Assembly: GCA_048128005.1 (NCBI GenBank)
Contig: JBEUKZ010000064.1
Coordinates: forward strand, 310,001 to 374,000
Direction: 5' to 3'
DNA length: 64,000 nucleotides
From: Veleropilina oligotropha
Lineage: Eukaryota
The notes beneath the pieces are model-generated. The model ran no database searches. It was not told the DNA's origin and worked only from the letters and a program-made list of their open reading frames with translations. The translations under genes were made by a program, and so were the position numbers. The stretch's first letter is position 1. Each line of letters begins with the position of its first letter. Of the stretch, positions 33,476-45,362 are shown piece after piece.

Positions 33476-33693
33476 GTAACTATATAGTACTAGTAGTTCG
33501 TCAAAAGACCAGTTGATTGTTGTTTCCCCGATAATTACTTTTCGATTTTCGATAAATATGTACCTGAAAACATTTGGATGAATGGAAGTCAGCAGCGCTG
33601 CATTGCAATGATAGTAGCAACCAGGATCATGCGAGTTCATAAATTAACAAAGAGTCACAAAATGAGGTTTTAATTTAAACCTAATATTAGTTA

Positions 33694-33901
33694 AAACATA
33701 CTTACGTCCTTACTCTTGCCATAATAGTAATATTATCGCTAACCGGAAACAGTGAATAAGTCACATTATGCACTCTTTATAAGTCAAAACGTACCACGAT
33801 TACCTCCCCTGCTCCCGCTCTCCTAAGTTCCCCCAGCGAGATCTCGCCAAGTCTCGCGAGACTTCCGAACCATCAAAGTCACAAGACCTCAATTCAAAGT
33901 T
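33694..33901. repeat. E4 3' ITR
   Basis: Reverse complement of 40865-41072. Confidence 0.95.
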
Positions 33902-33962
33902 CAGAACCCCCAAAGGAACTTGGTAGAGGGGAGGAATGCGAAACGCAGGGTGGGTAATCGTG

Positions 33963-34052
33963 GTAAGGACGTAAGTATGTTTTAACTAATATTAGGTTTA
34001 AATTAAAACCTCATATGTAGTTACAAACATACTTACGTCCTTACTCTTGCCA
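33963..34052. repeat. E4 ICR
   Basis: Complementary to both E4 termini, including E4-specific bases. Confidence 0.95.
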
Positions 34053-34116
34053 GAATAACCTTGGATAGGTGGGTAAGAAGTTCCTTACAACAAACCCAAA
34101 CAAGATAATGACTTAC

Positions 34117-34431
34117 TTTTCACCATTTCAATCAGCACTTGAAGCGTCGATTGTGTCCGCCCAGAGTGGAATTTACTGAGTATTATTCTACCCTTACCAA
34201 GCGAGAATTTCGACCAGTGTTACCGGGAGAATACGCCGTGGTGTTAGTCGGACGAGGTGAACGGAAGTGCAATCAGCTCCAGGCACGGCCGGAAGGATGA
34301 ATCCCTGTAGGTCTTACGTGTCATGGACCAGTGGCAGCCAAATGGTACTCCGGGCCTAAAGGCCGGCAGCCAGAGGATGCAGTCGGATTTGTAAGCACAC
34401 GGAACCTAACAGGTTGTGAAAGCTTTAAATC
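34117..34431 (+). ncRNA. Candidate structured non-coding domain of E4
   Basis: Same helices as E1-E3 (ttcacc/ggtgaa; aata/tgtt gives a G-U pair on the + strand). Confidence 0.6.
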
Positions 34432-34890
34432 AAAGCAAAGAATTAATAGATTATTACAAATAATCGATATTAATAAGTAATTCGCATGACCAACTTGCGA
34501 ATGCTAACATGTACGACAAGTTACTTAAAAAACATTTTAAGGAAGCTAATATGTACGACATGTTACTTAAAATAAATTTTAAGGAATCAAATATTAAAAT
34601 TTTTTCAATGTATTGAACATCGTATGTTCGATTACAGCATGGAACATAATAATATTGAACCTCAAATCTTTTTAAGATTTGCGCAAATTATAAAGTTGTT
34701 TTATTAAATTCAATGTAATCTGGCTTGTCAAATACTCAGGTATGACATGTAAAGTACAAAATCTTAAAATGCATTTAAGAAATGAACAGACATTGAAAAG
34801 CCTCATAGGTGTCTATTTCACCGAACAGCTAGGCCAACAAAATAAAATGGCGTCAGTAAATTATGTAAATTGATCAATCAAGAACAATAC

Positions 34891-37443
34891 TTACTGATGA
34901 GACGACCTCGGTCTAACAATACACCGTTGAGCAGCAACACACTGTAAATTGCTCAAACCATCAGCACCTGTCGAATAATCCCGCAGATAATGTTTAACAA
35001 ACACATTAGCATTTTTCCAATAACCTGCTTGAAGTAACGCATTGATATTCAAACTGTGTCGGAATGCAACAGACGCAGCAATCGCCCGGACCTCATGGGC
35101 GCGGACCGATAAAATAGTGCGGTCTTCGTCTTCACAGCGGATGTATACATCTCTCACAGTCTGTGAAATCCACCGCGAAACAGTTGTTCTCGTAATGTCG
35201 CGGGTGTAGGTAGGCAAATACGAAATGAATAAACGTAATTTCCCTTGCCGCATATCACGGGTTCTGTCTAGGTAGAAGCGAAGCGCCCGTACCGGGCAAT
35301 TGAAGCGGTCTGCATCGTGCCTTCCGACAAGCGTTAGCTTGGGGATAATAATATCAGGCGCGTCCTCGTTCGGCCGTTGGTTCTTGGCTAGAAAGCCCAA
35401 GATTGGACGCAGTATCACCGACCCGTCTGACTGGAATCGAATATCTCTTAGCTCGGCGGAGAAAGCATGAATCTCGGAACAACGCCTGCCCGACGCTAAG
35501 GCGATCAGAAAAACCGTTTTGTGCGTCAAGTTCCTCATGGTTATCTCGGACATCGGCTCATATGGGGGTAAGAGTAATGCGTTAAGAATTAGTACGATAT
35601 TCCAGGCAGGTGGCTTAATTTTCCGGGTCGGTATCTCGAGTTCGTAAGATCGTATAAAATCTGAAATCGTTCGGTCGCTTGATAGGCCAGCATGGGCACG
35701 ACACTGTTTTAACGTGGTCGCGATCGTTGCCCGATAGCATTTGACGGCGGACACTGACATACCGCGGTCGAAGAGCGACGATAAAAACTCGATAAACTTG
35801 TTCACAGGGGGACGGAGTATATTGACCTGCCTGCTGTGACACCAATCCACGTACTTGACCCATCGGTAGTCATAAACTTTTGTCGTGGAAATCCTTCTCG
35901 ATCGGTAGATACGTAGGGCTGTAGCTTTAGAAAATCCTTTCTTAGCAAGGGATCGTTCGATAACCGCCAGGCGTATAAACGTAAGTCGTTCGGCGATTCG
36001 TGGAGTACACGGGTGCGCGGCTGCATTAACAGGTCTAGTTTCTGCGGTAGCGCTAACGGTCGATCGACGATCAGATCGAGTAGGGTCGGAAACCAAGGTT
36101 GCGTGCGATACAGGGGCGCTATTAGCGTTATCTCGCAACGTTCGTTCGATGCCTTCTGTAATACCAGTGATAGAATGCACGACGGGGGGAAGGCATATGC
36201 GGACAGATTCTCCCATGTCATTGACAGTGCGTCGACCGCTAGGGCGGCCGGGTCCGGGTACGGGGAGACATACAGAGGTAGTCGGTAATTGAACTCTGTT
36301 GCAAACAGATCGACTTGGGGTTGTGACCACCGGCGACAAACGTCCCGAGCTACTCGGCTGTGTAGCGTCCACTCTGTGTGTATTATCTGTGATTTCCGAG
36401 AGAGCGAATCCGCTCTGACATTCAGCTTTCCCGGGATGTGTCGGGCTCGAATCGTCGAGTTGAGGGACATCACTAGGCGGTGTAGGTCTATTGCTCGGTC
36501 GCAAAGGGGACGCGAGCGAGTGCCGCCCTGGTGCTGGATGTAAGCGACGACAGTCGTGTTGTCCGTGGCGAGCATTATGTGCTTGTTGCGGAGATGTGAC
36601 GAGAGGGACCGTACTGACAGGTAGACGGCTTCTAACTCTAGGAAGTTGATATGTCGTCCCTGAAGGTCCGTCGGCCATAGGCCTGATGTCTCGTAACTGT
36701 CGAGGTGACCACCCCAGCCGTCGTTCGAAGCGTCTGTGAACAGGTAAGCGTTCGGCTCTGGCGGGGATATAGGAACCGACTGGTCCGGCAAAGCAGGGTT
36801 CAACCACACTGCTGTTGTGTTGGTAAACCAATGCCGTAGATCGATGCGATCCGTCCACTGCCCCGTCCGTTGTATCCAGCGATCCCTGAACGCCTGTTGT
36901 AACGGTCGTTTGTCCATGCGACCCGTCGGTAGCAGGGTCGCTACCGACTCGATGTGCCCCAGGACAGTGGCCAGTTGTCGCGCCGTAGTTATGTCCGATG
37001 ACAGGGTGTCTTGGATAACCGCGCGTAGGTTCCGCATACGCTTCTGGGTCGGCTTCGCGGTGTACCGGACCGTATCGAAGTCGACTCCGAGGAACGTAAA
37101 CGTCGTCGAGGGCACGAAGCAGGATTTTGTCTCGTTGATCTGAAATCCCAGGCGCTTCGTCAATGACAGGGTAAAGCTCGTAGACCGGAGGCACAGATCT
37201 CGGGACGCCCCGAGGATCAGCCAGTCGTCGAGGTACATATGTACCCTGTGCCCTAGAGAGTGTAGGAAGGCTCCGAGGGCCTGTACTGTTCTCGTGAAGA
37301 CGTACGGGGCTGACGATAGACCGAACGGTAGGCACCTGAATTGGTAGATCGTCTCCCCGTGTATAAACCGAAGGTACTGATGAGCCGTGATATGCATCGG
37401 GACATGCAGATACGCGTCGGTTAGATCGATAGACGCTGCCCAG
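34891..37443 (-). CDS. E4 tyrosine recombinase ORF (N-terminal overlap interrupted by TGA at 37444-37446)
   Basis: YR catalytic residues intact. The upstream stop is synonymous in the pol frame. Confidence 0.8.
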   Translation of the reverse strand: MGSVYRSNRRVSACPDAYHGSSVPSVYTRGDDLPIQVPTVRSIVSPVRLHENSTGPRSLPTLSRAQGTYVPRRLADPRGVPRSVPPVYELYPVIDEAPGISDQRDKILLRALDDVYVPRSRLRYGPVHREADPEAYAEPTRGYPRHPVIGHNYGATTGHCPGAHRVGSDPATDGSHGQTTVTTGVQGSLDTTDGAVDGSHRSTALVYQHNSSVVEPCFAGPVGSYIPARAERLPVHRRFERRLGWSPRQLRDIRPMADGPSGTTYQLPRVRSRLPVSTVPLVTSPQQAHNARHGQHDCRRLHPAPGRHSLASPLRPSNRPTPPSDVPQLDDSSPTHPGKAECQSGFALSEITDNTHRVDATQPSSSGRLSPVVTTPSRSVCNRVQLPTTSVCLPVPGPGRPSGRRTVNDMGESVRICLPPVVHSITGITEGIERTLRDNANSAPVSHATLVSDPTRSDRRSTVSATAETRPVNAAAHPCTPRIAERLTFIRLAVIERSLAKKGFSKATALRIYRSRRISTTKVYDYRWVKYVDWCHSRQVNILRPPVNKFIEFLSSLFDRGMSVSAVKCYRATIATTLKQCRAHAGLSSDRTISDFIRSYELEIPTRKIKPPAWNIVLILNALLLPPYEPMSEITMRNLTHKTVFLIALASGRRCSEIHAFSAELRDIRFQSDGSVILRPILGFLAKNQRPNEDAPDIIIPKLTLVGRHDADRFNCPVRALRFYLDRTRDMRQGKLRLFISYLPTYTRDITRTTVSRWISQTVRDVYIRCEDEDRTILSVRAHEVRAIAASVAFRHSLNINALLQAGYWKNANVFVKHYLRDYSTGADGLSNLQCVAAQRCIVRPRSSHQ

Positions 37444-38084
37444 TCACCCGGACGGATGGCCGCTCGAATCTTCGAGAGGGTTTCTTGCTGGAATTTCTCG
37501 GTACGAAGATATCGGTTTAGATACGAGAGATCGAGGATCGGTCGCCAGCGGCCATCGGGTTTCGGGACCAGGAAGAAATGGCTGTAAAATCCTGGTGTGC
37601 TGGGCGGCGCGGGATATATCGCTCTTTTTAGGAGCAAATCCCGCACTGCCTGGTCTAAGACCGCTTGTTTCTCTCCGTTTAGGAGGCGAGCGTGTCTTGA
37701 TGGTGGTGCCTCGGTTAAGGTCGGATGCCGGTTGAATGCCAACTTGTATCCGGCACTCACGACTAAGTGGACCCAGTTGCTGTCTGTCAGCTCTAGCCAC
37801 GACTGGCTGTGCGCTAACAGGCACGCTCCCACCGGCGGAAGCGGGCAACTGAGACCGTCGCGAATGCCGGCAGCCCTAGGGCCGAGGCTTCCCTCTCCCG
37901 CTCTGCTTACGGGATTTCGCTGGAGGTGCATGCCTCTTTGGAGTGGGTTTATTGGCCGGAGGCCTACCACCCGAAGAGGGCTTCGCACGCTTAGAAGGCT
38001 TCGGGGCCCGGGTGGGCCCTGAGCGCTTCCTCGAGTCGGCAGGTGGACCCCGAACGGGGTGCAGTACCGCCTTCTCGATGGCAC
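35802..38084 (-). CDS. E4 pol: RT-RNase H-methyltransferase-like
   Basis: Open 760-codon frame with all motifs. Confidence 0.9.
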   Translation of the reverse strand: MPSRRRYCTPFGVHLPTRGSAQGPPGPRSLLSVRSPLRVVGLRPINPLQRGMHLQRNPVSRAGEGSLGPRAAGIRDGLSCPLPPVGACLLAHSQSWLELTDSNWVHLVVSAGYKLAFNRHPTLTEAPPSRHARLLNGEKQAVLDQAVRDLLLKRAIYPAPPSTPGFYSHFFLVPKPDGRWRPILDLSYLNRYLRTEKFQQETLSKIRAAIRPGDWAASIDLTDAYLHVPMHITAHQYLRFIHGETIYQFRCLPFGLSSAPYVFTRTVQALGAFLHSLGHRVHMYLDDWLILGASRDLCLRSTSFTLSLTKRLGFQINETKSCFVPSTTFTFLGVDFDTVRYTAKPTQKRMRNLRAVIQDTLSSDITTARQLATVLGHIESVATLLPTGRMDKRPLQQAFRDRWIQRTGQWTDRIDLRHWFTNTTAVWLNPALPDQSVPISPPEPNAYLFTDASNDGWGGHLDSYETSGLWPTDLQGRHINFLELEAVYLSVRSLSSHLRNKHIMLATDNTTVVAYIQHQGGTRSRPLCDRAIDLHRLVMSLNSTIRARHIPGKLNVRADSLSRKSQIIHTEWTLHSRVARDVCRRWSQPQVDLFATEFNYRLPLYVSPYPDPAALAVDALSMTWENLSAYAFPPSCILSLVLQKASNERCEITLIAPLYRTQPWFPTLLDLIVDRPLALPQKLDLLMQPRTRVLHESPNDLRLYAWRLSNDPLLRKDFLKLQPYVSTDREGFPRQKFMTTDGSSTWIGVTAGRSIYSVPL

Positions 38085-40136
38085 GGTCCTTCATGTCCGC
38101 CGCTCTCTTGTCAACGAACTCCGAAAAGTTGTCACCAAAGAGAGTGGTGGCCGAGCAAGGCACGCATCGCAACGAGCGCCGGGTGGCCTCGTCTAGCGAG
38201 GTGCCTTCCAGGCAAGCATCCCTACGAAGTAGGAGTGCATTGCCCAGGACACGTCCCGTCTCCAACGTGCTGGTCTCCTGTGCGGCAGCAACCTCCTGGA
38301 GGAAGGACAGGGCAGCCTCGGGGGCGCCGGGTCCATTCTCCTGTAGTACGGCTATCGCGCCGTCCAAGAAAAAGTCCTGAACAGACGATAGCCGTAGAGC
38401 CCGTCGGGCGGCGCTCTCGAAAGCTTCCAAGGCGGACCAAGGAACCTTCGCTACGGAGGGAGTGTGACTGGCGGTCAGTCGACGCAACGAAGCGTCTCCA
38501 TGAGCCGGCTCAGTCGCCAGGCACGGACCAGTGCATGCGAACGGGATCGTTCGCGAACAGGCCCAGAGGTACCTCCCACTACGGAACCCCGAAGGGAACT
38601 CGGTCAGCGGGGAGGACTCCACCGGATTGCGCCCCTGTACGAGCTTGGTTATCGAGTCGACCACCAGATCAACCAGCCCGGACTGAGGTAAGGAGGGGAG
38701 CTCGGGGGCTTCCCTCGCAACAAACCGATGTGCTGCCGTCCTGTGTTTGACTACGTCTACAGCCGACCGAGTCGGTTCCGACAAGCCAAGCACCCCGCGA
38801 AGTGACAAAACGGCGTCGAGCCTTCGGCGGGTGGAGGTCGGCTCCTGCGTGCCTGTAAGACTAACGTCTTCGGGCCCGACCGATTCAGGGAGGTCGGTGT
38901 GATTGGAACCGAGGTCCTCGTCGGAACGAGGGTCGATTTCCATCACTGAGGCAGGAGCCGTGCTCTGCGCCATGGGCAGATGTGTAGGTACCAGGCGCGG
39001 CTGGGGAGCCGTCGGCCAGGCCTTACACCGTTCCTCGATCCCCGCCGCGATCCATGCCTGGACGTTCTCAAAAGAGAAACCCGGAGGCAGGACGGGCGTC
39101 GAACTAACAGCCGGTAGTTCAGTCGAGGAAACCGTGGCGCTAGGTAGACGGGCTGCATAGACAGGTGGTACCGAGGACCAGGGTCCAAGGGCACTTGTCG
39201 AGGGGTCGAACCCGAAGGACTGGCCCGAAGGCGCAGTCAGTGGGCCGGACGACCGATAGAACTGCGGCAACAGTTCCGATCGGTCTACCACTCTGCTTGG
39301 TCGAGGCACGGTCGGAAAACCGCCGTAGAACCCCGTCCCGAACGCAGCCGGTCTGTCCACGTTCTCTAGCGTGACCATCGTGGGTGCACGGGAAAGAACG
39401 GGCCCTCTGAATGTCTCGTGAGCTTCGAGGTTGAGCGGAAATCCCCTAGGGGAAGTCGCGTCGGTCCCGATCGGGATTCAGGTGTCGCCGATTGTCCGAG
39501 TCTTAGACCTACAAGTAGGTGCCCGGCCTCTTTAAAGGCTTTCTCTGCATTGAGTCTGTCCCCGTCGCAAGACGGAGAGTTTCCCGCAGAAGGACTAACT
39601 GTCCCCTTATTCTTCGAGGCCGAAGAAAAGGATGGGGATTGTCTGCCCTGTTCAGCTGTTCTCTGCGCTGCCAGATATACCTTGCTAGCCGGCAAGGTAT
39701 GGTTGGCTGCAGCTACTAAGCCCAGTTGAGGAGGAACGGTCGGCACTCGGGCCGTTACCTGAATCTGGGGTCCCGGCAAGGTTTCGGTGACTCCCCCAAG
39801 AGTCGCGGAGGTTTCGCCGGTGGATCCGGCGACAGACGTCCCCTTATGTCGGCTGTCGTCCAGCGTCCCTGAAGCAGACAAAGAAGAAACATTAGCCCCT
39901 AACTTACCAGTCTCTTCCTGACCCTTCTCCGGGGGAGGACCCACCGTGGCAGTCGCCCTGGTCGACTTACCCTGGTGGGATAGAACCGCCCACTGCTTAT
40001 CTGATAAAAGAAAGCACAGATCACACTGATGTTTAAGACTACAGTTACGGTGAATACGACATTCCTTGTGCTTATCAAATCCGTGAATTTTCTGGTTACA
40101 CCCGGAGCTACTGCACCGGACCATAGCTAAATACAT
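37876..40136 (-). pseudogene. E4 gag-like, 1-nt frameshift near 39470
   Basis: Split into 256-aa and 500-aa ORFs. The region is 1 nt shorter than in E3. Confidence 0.85.
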
Positions 40137-40864
40137 GGGAGGGTGGTAGTGGGTAGACGGGGTAGGTAAATAGGTATATATATGGTAGTTGTGACTATTA
40201 CTACGACAACTCTCAGAATTGCCCTGATCTGAAGATCAAAGATCAAGCAATATACCGCAAAAGCGCAAAAAACCCCGAACTGGGAACACCGAGGTCGGGT
40301 ATTTACCCGACACGACCCGGTAATCCGGGGGTTCTTTCTTCGAAAAAACCGCCCAGAAAAACACCTGAAAACCTCGTGGATGTTTTTATGTTAGTACAAT
40401 GGCGTATGATCCCAGAAACGGCAGGATATCAGAAAAACGCAAGCGTGATATCAAAACGATCCTGCCTTTTAACAACGCTAGAATTTTTATACAATAATAA
40501 CCAGCAATAGCGTCGTTAAGGAATTATCCAATATAATGAGTTACCTGTTTGCAGTCTCAAACAATATCAGATAAAATACCGACCAGAATTTCTTCTATTA
40601 CACGAAACTTCCCCTCTGAGCGGCCATGCTTTTCCCTGCAACAGCGGCGATGTCGGTTTCACTGACTTTCGGAACTTCTTGAAGTTTAAATCACAATCTT
40701 CTGTATTCACTAGTGTCTTAATATCCACAACACAGTGTATTCCACAACTTATATTATCCTAAGGTGTAATCCTTATAAATAAGTTATAATAGCGTCCCCG
40801 ATTTTAAATCGTAGACATCGAAATAATTGCGGAGCAAAAAACACGTCTTTCCGTCTCGGCGGAA

Positions 40865-41072
40865 AACTTTGAATTGAGGTCTTGTGACTTCGATGGTTCG
40901 GAAGTCTCGCGAGACTTGGCGAGATCTCGCTGGGGGAACTTAGGAGAGCGGGAGCAGGGGATGTAATCGTGGTACGTTTTGACTTATAAAGAGTGCATAA
41001 TGTGACTTATTCACTGTTTCCGGTTAGCGATAATATTACTATTATGGCAAGAGTAAGGACGTAAGTATGTTT
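40865..41072. repeat. E4 5' ITR
   Basis: Reverse complement of 33694-33901. Confidence 0.95.
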
Positions 41073-41279
41073 GTAACTACATATGTGGCTTGTTAAACGA
41101 CAAAGAGCTGGATGCGGGCCTAAAACTCCATTAACTAACCATGGGATTTGAATATATTTTTTATTAACGTAAATCTTCGGAGAAAATATTGCGTCATATT
41201 ACTTATCCGCAAGAAATATCGGCAACTTCAAATATCCGGAAATCCGTGAATTCCCGGAAGACTGGCAACACTTAGCATG

Positions 41280-42286
41280 TACTTAGCATGCAGTGAGAAC
41301 TCACTATATGATGTAGGTGCTACTTAGCATGCAGTGAGGGCTCGCTATATGATGTAGATGCTACTTAGCATGCAGTGCGAGCTCACTATATGATGTAGGT
41401 GCTACTTAGCATGCAGTGAGAGCTCGCTATATGATGTAGATGCTACTTAGCATGCAGTGCGAGCTCACTACATGATGTAGGTGGTACTTAGCATGCAGTG
41501 CGAGCTGGCTATATGATGTAGGTGGTACTTAGCATGCAGTGCGAGCTCACTATATGATGTAGGTGCTACTTAGCATGCAGTGAGAGCTCGCTATATGATG
41601 TAGGTGGTACTTAGCATGCAGTGCGAGCTGGCTATATGATGTAGGTACTACTTAGCATGCAGTGCGAGCTCACTATATGATGTAGGTGGTACTTAGCATG
41701 CAGTGCGAGCTCACTATATGATGTAGATGGTACTTAGCATGCAGTGCGAGCTCACTATATGATGTAGGTGCTACTTAGCATGCAGTGCGAGCTGGCTATA
41801 TGATGTAGGTGCTACTTAGCATGCAGTGCGAGCTGGCTATATGATGTAGGTGCTACTTAGCATGCAGTGCGAGCTCACTATATGATGTAGATGCTACTTA
41901 GCATGCAGTGCGAGCTGGCTATATGATGTAGGTGCTACTTAGCATGCAGTGCGAGCTGGCTATATGATGTAGGTGGTACTTAGCATGCAGTGCGAGCTCA
42001 CTATATGATGTAGGTGCTACTTAGCATGCAGTGAGAGCTCGCTATATGATGTAGGTGGTACTTAGCATGCAGTGCGAGCTGGCTATATGATGTAGGTACT
42101 ACTTAGCATGCAGTGCGAGCTCACTATATGATGTAGGTGGTACTTAGCATGCAGTGCGAGCTCACTATATGATGTAGGTGCTACTTAGCATGCAGTGCGA
42201 GCTGGCTATATGATGTAGGTGCTACTTAGCATGCAGTGCGAGCTCACTATATGATGTAGGTGCAACTTCGCATGCAGAACGAGCTC
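41280..42286. repeat. Tandem repeat, 41-bp unit, ~24 copies
   Basis: tacttagcatgcagtgcgagctcactatatgatgtaggtgc. Confidence 0.95.
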
Positions 42287-43589
42287 TACACATCATTGTG
42301 TATACGGAAAAGGTAAGAGTGATTTCAAGGGCAGATAACTACACAACATTCCATGGATTAAATCGTCGTGTCAACGCCTCAAACTCATGATTTTCTCCTG
42401 CTGTTATGCACATCTTGGTAATCTCGTAAGACGAGATCACGTTTTGATCAGTCTTTGACATGATCGATTACATGACTTGACCTGAAGCGTTTCGGTAAAG
42501 TCAGCGGACACACCACCAACTTTTACAATTGATCTGTAAAATCTCTACTTTTGCCCTCTTAGTAGGAAGGACAAAAGGCCCCGCCATACTACTACATTAG
42601 CCACCATGTTGGTTTAAGAATGACTGCAATTAACAGTAAAAATGCACATTAATTTGCCTTTGATTAATGTTTAGACAAAGTAAAATCTTACTACACATTT
42701 AATGATTACAGTCTCATCAACCAAGGTTCTTAAGCAACAGCAGTTCTGCTCATATAAAATTTCCTCCGAAACATCGTGTAAAATTGAGAAATTCCATGCA
42801 AGATGACCGCTGTTTACCCGGAAGTCGTCACAGTCCCGCATCATACACTATATTTATATAGTTTAATAAAAGTTAACCGCTCTATATGCCAACCATTAGC
42901 ATAGCAGCTATTAGCTGAATTAAATGTACAAAATCACTGATCCCCCATGCTTTACTTTAATTCACAGCCGCGAATAAAATAAGAATTCTTAAAAAAATAC
43001 GCAAATATTAATCGTCTGTAAATTTCTATATTGTTCAAATGAACATGTCTTTCAGAATTTCAACAAGAAAACAACATTTTACGTATTTACCGTCTTTTAC
43101 TACGATGATTAAAGCAGGATGTGAGTAGCGCGCATGCCATACCCGTGATGCGGAGTACATTTTTGAACTGAAGATGTCACGTGACCCTTCATATATTTGC
43201 TGTGGAAATTATGCAATATGATTGAATATCAATATATATTTATATAAAACGCTTATAAAACAATATTTGAACCAAGTGGAATCCAAAACTTTATTCAAAT
43301 ATTATTTAAAGAGTTATAGTCGTGAGTCAAAATGATAATGCATTGTAGATTTTTCTGCCCCTCTGTGTCACCGGTATTTGTCGGCCATTAGTCAGATCAA
43401 ATCCTGCAGAATTTGAAGATGTGGACCAAGAGACAAACAAATGTCGCTTTTATCATTATCGGATCGGCTTTTCTGATCTAACGAGGCAAGTGGGACAAGA
43501 TAAATATGTAATGCATTGCATGATAAGTACGTTTCCTTTATTACTGTTTCTTCTGCTACGTGAAATGCGATTCGAAGCGGGGCATGTGA

Positions 43590-43982
43590 AAACTAGAAAT
43601 ATGTCCATCGGACACGAATGCCCCCACTGGCAGCCTTGACCATAGGGGCAGTGTACAAAGTATCAAGTCAATCCATGAAGGCAAATAGAAGTTATAGCAG
43701 ATTGGAGTTGCTTACACGCAAATACTGGTTTGAAGAGCTAAGTCATTTGACCTTGACCTTGGCCATACGGCGACATGGATGGGTCGCAGAAGCGAAGGAT
43801 GAATGATGATAAGCAAGTGTACAAAGTATGAAGTCAATCCATGAAGGCAAATAGAAGTTATAGCAGATTGGAGTTTCTTACACGCAAATACTGGTTTCGG
43901 GACGGACGGGACGGGACGGACGGACGGGACGGACAAGAGTAAATCTAAATGCCACCCCAATAAATTGGTGGTGGCATAAAAA
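43590..43982 (+). mobile_element. HINE/DINE-like element
   Basis: aaactag start, two ~80-bp direct repeats (43650, 43816), (ggac)n microsatellite, 3' palindrome atgccacc...ggtggcat followed by an A run. Confidence 0.7.
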
Positions 43983-44941
43983 CGGAAAATTGCAGATGTG
44001 TGCCCTCTCTTATATTATACGTAATCATTGGGTGGGTAGCAAGTCGAAGATTGGCATGATGGATTTCGCCCATATTTCTGATTTGCGTCAATACATAGGT
44101 TGCAGACACATGACCAAAACCACGTGATCGTCAATCGTCCGCCATCACTGGGGGAATGCTATCTAGTCCAGTCATTCTACTGCTAAAAATGGCTTGACCT
44201 TAAACAAATTGCAATAGAACCAATTTCAATAGATATGTTATCAGGAAGGCTTGTATAATAACATATCAAAAGTCTAGAATTATATAATGGGAGGAAATAT
44301 TAAAATCGGTTTAAAGTTGTGATACATCAACGTAATTTTTTTTCCATTTTGCGAAATCCGTGACGTTTGATTGGTCAAAATGACGTCACGTGACATTTGA
44401 TATAATCATGTCACACTCGATGTTCATTTGTCAAACTACACTCCGTCTGCAACAAGGGCTTATAGGCGTTTAGTATTTGTTTCGATTGTATGCGTGAGAC
44501 AATCAGATATTCCAATATCTAGGTTTCATTGATAGGCATGGTGCAAGATGTGTACAAAATTCGTCTCGTGCATGTGATGTTGTCAAAGCTCACAGGCAAA
44601 CCTCGCTAATTCAGCGTATCGTTAAAGGTCGGGATGCCACTATAAAAGGGGCTAGCCAGTGGTCTGCTCATTTCTGACTTGGAAACCGATCAGACCACAT
44701 CGACATCGATTGGTTGACACATGGTTAAAACAACAGAAATCCAATTACGAAGTGTGTTTTTAATTGTTAGAGCAATTATCACTGCCATACTTCACAGGCA
44801 AACTTGTTTACCCGCCAATGTAAGGCCACGCCCCAACGCCTGTGCAAAATTTTCGACCAGGGGGTCACTGTTCCCGGCCTTTAAACGTATACATTTGGCA
44901 TTACCTAGAGAGTCGCAAATGACAAAAGCAGAGCTATATCT

Positions 44942-45130
44942 GCCCGCATCGGTAGTCGAGTGGATAAAATCCTGGGCTCTCACTTATCGCTTGACTGCTT
45001 AACATGTCAGGAATGGGTTCGAATATCCTGTTGCTCATAACTATACGGAGAGGGAGGGTTTTCCCCGAGCTTTCCTTCCACGATAATATGCATGGATATA
45101 TCCCGAAGGTTTAAAACGTATTATCCATCC
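44942..45130 (+). mobile_element. SINE nested in the 44094-47162 element
   Basis: A box GGTAGTCGAGTGG and B box GGTTCGAAT. Confidence 0.6.
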
Positions 45131-45239
45131 AAATCAAACCGTAGCATTATATGCTTATATGCACATAATTATTTATGTAGAATTAGCCCAAGCAAATAGG
45201 AACGATGGTGGAAGTATGAGAGTAGTATATGTATATGTA

Positions 45240-45362
45240 ATATCACGAGGTTTGGTTGTTTAAACGGAAAAGCCAGCAGTTAAACGACGAGGCGCAAACC
45301 ACTGAGTTGTTAACTGCACAGGCTAAGGCTTCTCCGATTAGACAACACAAACCTAGTGATAT
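45240..45362. repeat. Small palindromic MITE-like insert
   Basis: atatcac.aggtttg.ttgt.taa.cgga.aagcc pairs with ggctt.tccg.tta.acaa.acaaacct.gtgatat. Confidence 0.65.

Larger units (their letters stand above)
26003..33485 (-). mobile_element. DIRS1-type retrotransposon E3 (apparently fully intact)
   Basis: 217-bp matching ITRs, ICR and three uninterrupted ORFs. Confidence 0.95.
33662..41082 (-). mobile_element. DIRS1-type retrotransposon E4 (gag frameshifted)
   Basis: 208-bp ITRs (about 2 mismatches), ICR and homologous ORFs. Moderately diverged from E2/E3. Confidence 0.95.

Noticed and set aside
13222..33485. E2/E3 as a segmental duplication or assembly duplicate
   Set aside because: Flanks are unrelated, and each copy has private variants, including one mirrored in both of its own ITRs.
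41280..42286. CRISPR-like array (also the 53029-53350 and 62156-64000 arrays)
   Set aside because: No variable spacers. These are simple tandem repeats.
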